From positions 13,741 through 77,740 of the forward strand of contig JABGPL010000004.1 of assembly GCA_018644935.1 (NCBI GenBank): a DNA stretch of 64,000 nucleotides, in the 5' to 3' direction. A program made the translations under genes and the position numbers. The notes under the pieces were generated by a model. It ran no database searches. It saw only the letters and a list, made by a program, of their open reading frames with translations, and was not told where the DNA came from. Positions 56,769-64,000 of the stretch are shown here, piece after piece. Position 1 is the first letter of the stretch, and each line of letters opens with the position of its first letter. This DNA comes from Calditrichota bacterium. GTDB taxonomy: Bacteria > Electryoneota > AABM5-125-24 > Hatepunaeales > Hatepunaeaceae.

Positions 56769-57488
56769 ATGAAAAATATACTTTTCTCTCTTGTTTCAGT
56801 GTTGGCATTATTATTTGCTGGAAATGTTTCAGGGCAGCAATTTGAGTTCATTCCGGACTCAACAGACGGTATTGGAACCCCCAATGCTGAAAACAAATTT
56901 GAGGGCCCCATTACGAATCTGTGGGATCAGGAGAATAAAATTGAGTGGATCAAGCATGAAGACCTGCCTGACGGATGGTCAGTTCAGATCTGCCAGTATA
57001 CTCTGACCTGCTGGATGGATTGGATTCTCTCAGATACGATTGTACTTCCTCCAGACGGAGCTGATAAGCTACAGGTGAAGTTCTTTACTAATGAAACAGA
57101 AGGTGTTGGATCAGTCACGATCGATCTGACTCCCGTATCAAATCCCGATCTCCATGAGTCCTGGACATTCACACTTGCTCTTGGCGAAAATGACGTTCAG
57201 AATAATAAACCATCATCAAGAAACCGAATAGGGCTTAGCTTCGACATGACGAGTAATTTTGGAATGAACTACAATGCATCATTGACTTCACCAAAAGACA
57301 CACATGCAAAGCTCGTGATGTATGATGTAAAAGGTCGAAACGCCGGTACGATTTGGAGTGGGCATTTAAATGCAGGAGAGAATGCAATTTCTTTCAAACC
57401 TGAAGCCCACTATACTGGAGTGTACTTTATAAGGCTGGAAGCTTTTGATATAGGAAGCGTGACTCAAAGGGTTATCCTCCTCCACTAA
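56769..57488 (+). CDS. Small secreted protein with a T9SS-like C-terminal domain
   Basis: The ATG is 1 nt after the upstream stop. Signal peptide MKNILFSLVSVLALLFAGNVSGQ. The C-terminus is AKLVMYDVKGRNAGTIWSGHLNAGENAISF...GVYFIRL...RVILLH. Confidence 0.55.
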   Translation: MKNILFSLVSVLALLFAGNVSGQQFEFIPDSTDGIGTPNAENKFEGPITNLWDQENKIEWIKHEDLPDGWSVQICQYTLTCWMDWILSDTIVLPPDGADKLQVKFFTNETEGVGSVTIDLTPVSNPDLHESWTFTLALGENDVQNNKPSSRNRIGLSFDMTSNFGMNYNASLTSPKDTHAKLVMYDVKGRNAGTIWSGHLNAGENAISFKPEAHYTGVYFIRLEAFDIGSVTQRVILLH

Positions 57489-58363
57489 TCCTGTGAAGGA
57501 GCGAGATTAACAATGGCAAAAATCCCATCACTGATTTTTGTCGAAGTTTCTAAATGAGAGACCAGCATTGGGGAATGTGTTCCTATCAGGTTGCTGATGT
57601 TGGTCTTAAGATCCAAGAATCCGTTTATAGAATCTAATGCTATCGTGTTGGAGCTATCCGGTACGATGAAATGAGTATGCGATAAAAGTTCATTTGAGGA
57701 ACTTGAGTCACCAGGTGAAGCGTAAAATGCTTGTTTGCGAACGGACAGTCCAACATCCTTACCACCAAAATCCTCCCAAATACCTCCGGAAGGTCTGATA
57801 ACAATGCCAACAACTACATGATTTGTTTGGTTTGGTATTTTGTCCTGTGCAAAAAGCATCTCATAACCAGGTTGGGAGAGTGAAAATGGAATACCTTCTG
57901 AATCAAAGGCTTTGTGTAAGCCTCGGTTTACAGCAGTTGGTGATTTTTTGAGCCGCTTGTGAACAATTGAGCCTGAGTGACACGATATTATACCATAGAA
58001 CCCAATAATTGGCGATTGCGAATCAATTAAATCACTTAATTGAGTGATTATTGAAGAAAATTGTTTGGGTTCTGAAAAATTTAAACGAATCAACAGTTGA
58101 GGGTCATTATTCCACCCTACCAAAAAAGGAGACCAGCATGAGTTATGTGAATCAACCTTAACTTCCGGATAAATTGGTCGAGTGCTCATAAACTTCTTCG
58201 ATATCAGGATTGTCTCGCCAATATCAGCAAGAGCACCAGACTTAGAATCCAAGCCACTTGATGCTCCTAATCCAAATGAAATTCCATCTGATATTTTATA
58301 CAACACTGATTCTTCACAATCAGAACTTATAACGGAATCAATTTTCCCATATGTTTTTAGCAA
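57485..58363 (-). CDS. Hypothetical protein (292 aa)
   Basis: It is an open frame with a TTG start. I recognise no motif. Its stop overlaps the convergent gene's stop. Confidence 0.35.
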   Translation of the reverse strand: MLKTYGKIDSVISSDCEESVLYKISDGISFGLGASSGLDSKSGALADIGETILISKKFMSTRPIYPEVKVDSHNSCWSPFLVGWNNDPQLLIRLNFSEPKQFSSIITQLSDLIDSQSPIIGFYGIISCHSGSIVHKRLKKSPTAVNRGLHKAFDSEGIPFSLSQPGYEMLFAQDKIPNQTNHVVVGIVIRPSGGIWEDFGGKDVGLSVRKQAFYASPGDSSSSNELLSHTHFIVPDSSNTIALDSINGFLDLKTNISNLIGTHSPMLVSHLETSTKISDGIFAIVNLAPSQD

Positions 58364-58432
58364 ACCTGATTGGGTAACGCCTGTGTCAAATATTACCTTG
58401 AACTCTTTTGCTGCTTTCAGTTTAAACCCCTT

Positions 58433-58477
58433 TAAAAAAAAGAACGCAACAGTTATTCACCGTCACGTTCTTTTTTA
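58433..58477. terminator. Intrinsic terminator downstream of fbaB
   Basis: AAAAAAAAGAACGcaacagttattcaccgtcaCGTTCTTTTTT. The stem is short, with A and T runs on both sides. Confidence 0.55.
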
Positions 58478-58494
58478 ATCTGCATATAAACAGT

Positions 58495-59571
58495 TTACGC
58501 TACAGTTACTTCCTTCGAAAGGAAAACATCCTGTATTGTATTAAATATATTAACACCTTCTTTCATAGGACGCTGGAAAGTCTTTCTTCCCGAAATCAGT
58601 CCCATACCCCCACCACGTTTGTTCAACAGTGCGGTTTTTGCGGCTACTACAATATCATTACTTCCAGAGGAACCGCCCGAGTTTATCAAGCCAACGCGCC
58701 CCATATAATTGTTGGCTACTTGATATCTAACGAGATCGATTGGATGATCCGTCATTAAGTCAGTGTACATTTTATCATCGTATTTTCCATAACTGCCGTA
58801 TTCCTTGTTCACCGCGGGATAACCTTTTACTTCATTCGGCAGTTTCTGCTTAACGATATCAGCCTGTATAGTTGCACCGAGATGGTTGGCCTGACCGGTC
58901 AAGTCTGCCGCAGCATGATAATCCACCCCATTAATTTTGAAATCAGAGTTTCTGAGGTAGCACCAGAGTATTGTGACCATGCCTAACTCATGAGCATATG
59001 AGAATGCTTCTGCAACTTCCTCAATCTGACGATTTGATTCATCAGATCCGTAATAAATCGTTGCTCCGATTGCAACTGCTCCCATATCAAATGCCTGGTT
59101 TACTGAACTAAACATTATCTGATCGTAGGAATTAGGATGTGAGAGGATTTCGTTATGATTGATTTTAACGATAAATGGTACCTTGTATGCCCATTTACGT
59201 GACACTGCACCAAGTATACCCAAAGTGGAAGCAACAGCATTACACCCACCCTCATGGGCTAATTCTATGATGTTGTTCGGATCAAAGTAAATTGGATTTG
59301 GGGCAAACGATGCGCCACCGGAATGTTCAATTCCCTGGTCGACCGGAAGTATTGAAAGATAGCCAGTTCCCGCTAAACGTCCGTGGTTATATATTGTTTG
59401 TAAATTCCTTAACACTGCTGGCGGGCGATCAGTATCGATAAAAACGCGTTCAATGAAATCCGGTCCTGGTGCATATATGAGGTCTTTAGGAATCTTTTCG
59501 CACTTATGTTCCAATAATCCTTTCGCTTCGTCTCCGAGAAGTTCGACGATTCTATCTATGTGTTCTGACAT
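58495..59571 (-). CDS. fbaB: Class I fructose-bisphosphate aldolase (DhnA/FbaB type)
   Basis: It is near-colinear with my recollection of E. coli FbaB: [75 protein letters not shown]. Confidence 0.85.
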   Translation of the reverse strand: MSEHIDRIVELLGDEAKGLLEHKCEKIPKDLIYAPGPDFIERVFIDTDRPPAVLRNLQTIYNHGRLAGTGYLSILPVDQGIEHSGGASFAPNPIYFDPNNIIELAHEGGCNAVASTLGILGAVSRKWAYKVPFIVKINHNEILSHPNSYDQIMFSSVNQAFDMGAVAIGATIYYGSDESNRQIEEVAEAFSYAHELGMVTILWCYLRNSDFKINGVDYHAAADLTGQANHLGATIQADIVKQKLPNEVKGYPAVNKEYGSYGKYDDKMYTDLMTDHPIDLVRYQVANNYMGRVGLINSGGSSGSNDIVVAAKTALLNKRGGGMGLISGRKTFQRPMKEGVNIFNTIQDVFLSKEVTVA

Positions 59572-59947
59572 TTAATACTCCTGAATTTGTTTAAAAGCAA
59601 TTCTTGAAGGTAACGTTGGGACGAGCTAATCGATCAATCTCCTAACTCACACAAATGCAAACAGATCGCATCATCTCTTCGTTTTATTGGCAGGACGTAC
59701 ATAAATCATTACTTTCGGAAATGCAATATCCTGAAGCTGAGTACACCCTTTATAATTGATATTATACGAGAATTCAATCAAAAAAGAAACCCTTTGTATT
59801 GCATTGTTATTTAATTCCAGAATCTAATGAACATTTCAATCAGATAAATTCATTGAACTAATGGTAACTTTAAATCTCGAAACCAACAAAACTTGAACAT
59901 TCCCTTGCTTGAGCACGTAATATGTATTAACATATGACTATGCGTTC

Positions 59948-60316
59948 ATGTTTAAGAAAAACCAGATGAAACCAAAATACCAATTGATTAACCCTAAACA
60001 AGCAGAAAGGATCGTGGTGGCTCTCAGCTCATCGGACATTACTGTTCGTATGGCAAACATTTTTAAGATTTTAAGCGATCCATCGCGACTTAAGATCGTA
60101 ATAGCACTACAGGAGGGAGAGCTATGTGTAAATGATTTAGCAAGTGCTACTGAATTCTCGCAATCTTCTGTTTCACATCACCTGAAATCACTCAGAGATT
60201 TGAATCTGGTTCGATTTCGTCGAGAGGGAAAATTGACTTTTTATGCACTGGCGGACAATCATGTTTCTGCCCTCTTAGCAGTGGCGCATGACCATGCGCG
60301 AGAGGTGACTTCTTAG
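59948..60316 (+). CDS. ArsR/SmtB-family metalloregulator with an alpha5-type (CzrA/SmtB-like) metal site
   Basis: wHTH ELCVNDLASATEFSQSSVSHHLKSLRDLNLV. The motif D-x-H-x10-H-x2-E is present in ADNHVSALLAVAHDHARE. Confidence 0.8.
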   Translation: MFKKNQMKPKYQLINPKQAERIVVALSSSDITVRMANIFKILSDPSRLKIVIALQEGELCVNDLASATEFSQSSVSHHLKSLRDLNLVRFRREGKLTFYALADNHVSALLAVAHDHAREVTS

Positions 60317-60320
60317 GCAT

Positions 60321-60353
60321 CATACATGAATAGCGCTTCATGTATGAGTTTTT
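60321..60353 (+). terminator. Intrinsic terminator/attenuator between the arsR-family gene and the DUF302-ATPase pair
   Basis: CATACATGAAtagcgcTTCATGTATG is a perfect 10-bp stem, followed by AGTTTTT. Confidence 0.6.
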
Positions 60354-60502
60354 ACTCGTATTCAAAGCAGTTTGTGTTAAGATAAAGTGCCTGATACACT
60401 TAGCTTTAACAAATAGCTCACCATCGCGAAAAGGCAGCTTTCGAAGATTAACAGCTGCCAAATAGACATTGAGAACCTGAAAAAGAGATTTTAAGGAGAA
60501 AA

Positions 60503-60910
60503 ATGAAAAACGACAATAACTTTTCAATTACAACCGAAACAAAACTAGGGTTTGATGAGGTAATTGAGCTTGCAACAAATCTTTTAGCGGAAAGGGGGTT
60601 TGGAATCCTGACTGAAATTGATGTAAAAGCAACACTAAAGAAAAAGCTCGACATTGATTACAAGCCTTATCGGATATTAGGTGCCTGTAACCCATCCTAT
60701 GCGCACGGAGCTCTTAATCTTGAGCCATACATCGGTGTATTGATGCCATGTAATGTGGTTGTCTGGGACAATGGGGACCACAGAATTGTTACGGCTATGG
60801 ACCCCCGCGCGGTCTTCACAATTGTCGACAAACCGGAAGTGCATGAAGTTGCAAAAGAAGTTTACCAAAAACTGTATGAGGTAATCAAAGGCATCGAGGA
60901 AGCAGGTTAA
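60503..60910 (+). CDS. DUF302-domain protein
   Basis: It is 135 aa long with the pattern GFGILTEIDVKATLKKKL...YRILGACNP...PCNVVV, typical of DUF302. Confidence 0.7.
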   Translation: MKNDNNFSITTETKLGFDEVIELATNLLAERGFGILTEIDVKATLKKKLDIDYKPYRILGACNPSYAHGALNLEPYIGVLMPCNVVVWDNGDHRIVTAMDPRAVFTIVDKPEVHEVAKEVYQKLYEVIKGIEEAG

Positions 60911-60911
60911 T

Positions 60912-63056
60912 ATGCAGAACGCCAACCGGACTAAAGAACTGCATAGACTAAGTATCTCCGGGATGTGCTGCCCGAATTGTGCTGAGAAAATCAAGGGTGC
61001 CGTCTGTAAACTGCCAGGAGTTGAAAAGGCTGATGTCAACTTTATGCAGTCAACATTGTCCGCTGACATCAATGACGTACAACCCGAACAGTTGATTAGT
61101 GCTATTCAATCATTGGGCTATGACGCGAGAGTTATCGATGATGCACATGGTTCAGGAGGAAACCCTGAGGGCAGTAATCCTGCAGAGGAAAGAATTTCAC
61201 GTCTGGAAATAATTGGCGTTGTTATCTCAGCCTTACTTGTCGGACTTGCGGGTATAGGCAGCCTGAATGACTGGTTTTGGGGGATAAGACTCGGTCTTAT
61301 CATTTCTGCAATAGTAATATGTGGCAGATCTCTTGCCTGGAAGGGATTACTCGCCCTCATGAAGTTCCAATTAGACATGAACTTTTTAATGATTGTTGCA
61401 GTGATTGGAGCACTATTCATAGGCGAATGGGTTGAAGGCGGAGTAATTATTGTTCTGTTTGCAATATCAGAATTGCTGGAATCTGCAAGTGTCAATCGCT
61501 CCCGTCGGGCAATTGAAGCTCTGATAAAAGTTGCACCTCAAACCGCAATTGTTATTAGAAACCTTGTTAAAACAACCGTTCCTGTTGATGAAATTAAAGT
61601 TGGGGAGTTAATTCTTGTCAAACCCGGTACAACGATTTCACTGGATGGTGTTATCCGTTCCGGACGCACGACAATAAATGAATCTGCTATAACTGGCGAA
61701 TCACTTCCGGTTTCCAAACAGCGGGAAGACAAGGTTCTCGCCGGCACCATTAACGGTGAAGGGGCAATAGAGGTCATTGTCAGTCGCGGTAAAGGTGATA
61801 CGACTCTTGACAGAATAATCAAACTGGTTCGGCAGGCACAATCCGAACGAGCTCCAGTTCAGTCATTTATAGAAAAATTTGCGAGATATTATACCCCGGT
61901 CGTTGTGGGTCTAGCAACAGTAATTGCCATCCTTCCCCCTATACTCTTCAATGGAGAATGGTCAACATGGATCTATCGATCTCTGGCAATGCTGGTTATT
62001 TCATGCCCATGTGCATTCGTTCTATCGACTCCGGTAACGATTGTATCTGCATTGGCTGGAGCCGCAAGACGCGGAGTGCTGATCAAAGGTGGGGCATATC
62101 TCGAAAACCTGTATAAGATTAGGGCACTTGCTCTCGATAAAACAGGGACAGTTACAGAGGGCACACTTGTTGTACACGATGTTCACAAACTGGACGGCAT
62201 AACACAGGAAGATATTCTGAGGCTGGCAGCAACGGTCGAATCACATAGCGAACATCCTGTCGCTAAGGCAATTATCAACCGCGCCGAGAAGGATGATCTT
62301 GAGATTGGTACACCATCCAACTTTACGGCTCTGCCTGGTCAAGGGGCTCGGGCAAACGTTGGAAAGGATACAGTATTTGTTGGCAATCATGCCATGTTTG
62401 AAGAATTAGAGATTTGCAATGGTGACGTTCACAGTTTGCTCAGCGAAATAGAAAACGCCAGCCAGACTGCGGTTCTTGTTGGATCCCCGGATAAATTGTT
62501 CGGGGTAATCTCTGTCTCTGATAAGATTCGCGCAACAGCAAGCGCAACCATTCGCGAACTGCGAAATTCCGGAATTCAAAAAGTACATCTTTTGACAGGA
62601 GACAATTGGAAAGCCGGACGCACAATCGCTGAATTGCTCGGCGCGGATGAAGTCAGCGCAGAATTACTGCCCGATCAGAAAGTTGACGAGGTGAAAAAGT
62701 TACGAGAAAAATATGGCTCCGTTGCGATGGTTGGGGACGGAATTAACGATGCTCCGGCGTTGGCTGCTGCGGATATTGGCATTGCGATGGGAGCGGCAGG
62801 GACTGACGCTGCTCTTGAAACCGCTGATGTCGTTCTAATGGACGACAGAATTGACAGACTGCCCTGGGTTTTCAGATTGTCGAGAAAAGCAAGGCATATT
62901 ATTATGTCGAATATTGCTTTCGCTATACTTACAAAACTATCTTTTATAATCCTTGCCGCTACCGGAAATGCAACTCTCTGGATGGCAGTATTTGCGGACA
63001 CTGGAGTTTCCTTGCTGGTGATCTTCAACGGCATGCGTGCGTTGAATTGTAAATAG
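60912..63056 (+). CDS. Heavy-metal P1B-2-type ATPase (Zn/Cd/Pb exporter, ZntA/CadA-like)
   Basis: HMA domain GMCCPNC, TM6 CPC, DKTGT, GDGINDAP, and the subtype signatures N-x7-K (NIAFAILTK) and D-x-G-x7-N (DTGVSLLVIFN). The ATG is 1 nt after the DUF302 stop. Confidence 0.85.
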   Translation: MQNANRTKELHRLSISGMCCPNCAEKIKGAVCKLPGVEKADVNFMQSTLSADINDVQPEQLISAIQSLGYDARVIDDAHGSGGNPEGSNPAEERISRLEIIGVVISALLVGLAGIGSLNDWFWGIRLGLIISAIVICGRSLAWKGLLALMKFQLDMNFLMIVAVIGALFIGEWVEGGVIIVLFAISELLESASVNRSRRAIEALIKVAPQTAIVIRNLVKTTVPVDEIKVGELILVKPGTTISLDGVIRSGRTTINESAITGESLPVSKQREDKVLAGTINGEGAIEVIVSRGKGDTTLDRIIKLVRQAQSERAPVQSFIEKFARYYTPVVVGLATVIAILPPILFNGEWSTWIYRSLAMLVISCPCAFVLSTPVTIVSALAGAARRGVLIKGGAYLENLYKIRALALDKTGTVTEGTLVVHDVHKLDGITQEDILRLAATVESHSEHPVAKAIINRAEKDDLEIGTPSNFTALPGQGARANVGKDTVFVGNHAMFEELEICNGDVHSLLSEIENASQTAVLVGSPDKLFGVISVSDKIRATASATIRELRNSGIQKVHLLTGDNWKAGRTIAELLGADEVSAELLPDQKVDEVKKLREKYGSVAMVGDGINDAPALAAADIGIAMGAAGTDAALETADVVLMDDRIDRLPWVFRLSRKARHIIMSNIAFAILTKLSFIILAATGNATLWMAVFADTGVSLLVIFNGMRALNCK

Positions 63057-63295
63057 TACTTGCCTTTCAAGCTCAGCAGTTTGTCCTGAATGCAAGTTCG
63101 GTAGGTCGAACATTCCTGTTCGGACATCCGTCGGCTGACGGATTCATTATAAGTTACAACAACCATTTCACCAGAATGACAAGCAATAATCATGATAAAC
63201 GGGAAATCTTGAACAATTCCACATAAAACACATTGATGGAACGTTTACATTACATATGCGTTTAACTTAGAAAATAACTTTCGGCATCAGACAAC

Positions 63296-64000
63296 ATGTT
63301 TTTTAGATTTGCGATTATACTTTTTATCGGTTTGAGCTACGTCGGTTCTGCAATTGCAGAACAAAACACATCTTACGTTTACCCACCCTGGAAACATACC
63401 TGGGGAGTACGTCGAGCTACTCCATTTAAACTCAGAATGTTTGTTGGTAATAAAACCACTTTTGACGATCCTCAGGGTCTGGCATGCGTCAGGCTCGATG
63501 CATGGGAAGACTCATCAACAACTTCCGACGATGATGAAATCACCGTTTATGGTGTCAATTCGGGCGACAACTGCATAATCTACAACTCTTCCATGTACTC
63601 GATTTCAATATACGGTAAGGAAGAAGATCACACAAAGTTCAACCGCCCCTGGGGGATTGCTGCGAACAATTCAGGCGTAGTTTATGTTGTAGACAGGGGA
63701 AATGCTCGGTTGGTCAAGTTATTTAACAACGGGAAACAACTTAAGTTCGTTGATGAGACTGGTGGTCCCGGCGATGTGCCTGGAAAGTTCATCGATCCGC
63801 GAGGTGTCGCTATCGATAATTTCGGATATGTCTATGTAACTGACGCTGCCCTTGGTCGAGTGACAGTTTTTGACTCTACGCTGAAGCTTACTGACATCTG
63901 GGAAGGGTTTATTGATCCTGACGGCATTTCCGTTTTTGGTCCTGAAGACAAATGGTCTTATTATCCATATTCGTCTTTTGCTGTTGTTACTGATTCTCTT
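63296..64000 (+). CDS. Secreted NHL-repeat (six-bladed propeller) protein, N-terminal part (runs off the window)
   Basis: My own translation from the ATG at 63296 is MFFRFAIILFIGLSYVGSAIA...FNRPWGIAANNSGVVYVVDRGNARLVKL...FIDPRGVAIDNFGYVYVTDAALGRVTVF. The frame stays open to nt 64000, which is why it is absent from the ORF track. Confidence 0.6.
   Translation, partial: MFFRFAIILFIGLSYVGSAIAEQNTSYVYPPWKHTWGVRRATPFKLRMFVGNKTTFDDPQGLACVRLDAWEDSSTTSDDDEITVYGVNSGDNCIIYNSSMYSISIYGKEEDHTKFNRPWGIAANNSGVVYVVDRGNARLVKLFNNGKQLKFVDETGGPGDVPGKFIDPRGVAIDNFGYVYVTDAALGRVTVFDSTLKLTDIWEGFIDPDGISVFGPEDKWSYYPYSSFAVVTDSL

Noticed and set aside
1-64000. I looked for CRISPR arrays, tRNA or rRNA genes, integrase or att sites, and prophage or defence hallmark genes.
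   Set aside because: I saw no regularly spaced direct repeats, no cloverleaf-like or rRNA-like segments in the intergenic regions, and no recombinase other than the RAYT. Absence is judged by eye only and should be confirmed with tRNAscan-SE, Infernal, a CRISPR finder and a defence-system finder.

Overview
This 64-kb window looks like a bacterial, metagenome-style contig. I found no rRNA, tRNA or CRISPR array by eye. Sampled 60-nt lines range from about 33-37% GC (23.6-25.4 kb and 51-55.7 kb) to about 50% GC (for example 5.4 kb and 26.1 kb). All calls come from reading the ORF-track proteins and the DNA by eye. No similarity search was run, so family names are motif-level recognitions.

Five proteins end in T9SS type-A C-terminal sorting domains, which points to an FCB-type lineage. 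The redox genes suggest an anaerobe.

Main blocks:
1. 0.5-8.3 kb: a secreted FGE-domain lipoprotein and a 2009-aa gingipain/C25-like T9SS cargo protein.
2. 10.6-22.6 kb: a tightly packed 12-gene minus-strand operon behind a clear sigma-54 promoter and palindromic upstream sites, with its own PAS-AAA+ activator. It encodes a DsrMKJOP/Hmc-type membrane redox module: an HdrD-like CCG protein, a NarI-like cytochrome b, a 4-cluster ferredoxin, and an NrfD-like protein fused to a hexahaem cytochrome c. It also encodes a Cys-motif PAS histidine kinase, two receiver proteins, a CGGC-domain protein and three NifX-like proteins. I consider this the best candidate for an undescribed system.
3. 22.8-27.9 kb: a REP-associated tyrosine transposase (RAYT) with seven copies of its about 37-nt REP hairpin spread across the window. 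Two copies pairs form inverted doublets, and one pair brackets a low-GC two-gene cassette of unknown function. A flotillin/NfeD pair lies here too.
4. 28.2-36.5 kb: three consecutive large T9SS cargo proteins.
5. 36.7-46.8 kb: lepB plus a possible synthase-type exopolysaccharide/envelope cluster (a 1014-aa TPR protein, a membrane GT2 and four secreted or lipoproteins).
6. 46.9-47.5 kb: a decayed GxxExxY (PD-(D/E)XK) gene flanked by CAGATTAC-type repeats. A 27/31-identical copy of that repeat sits in frame inside a T9SS gene at 33.2 kb.
7. 47.5-64 kb: ychF, a VOC protein, a small ORF plus dinB, a membrane WD40 protein, an HDOD protein, a kinase remnant, a PEGA-TlpA protein, fbaB, an ArsR(alpha5)/DUF302/P1B-2 ATPase metal module and a partial NHL protein.
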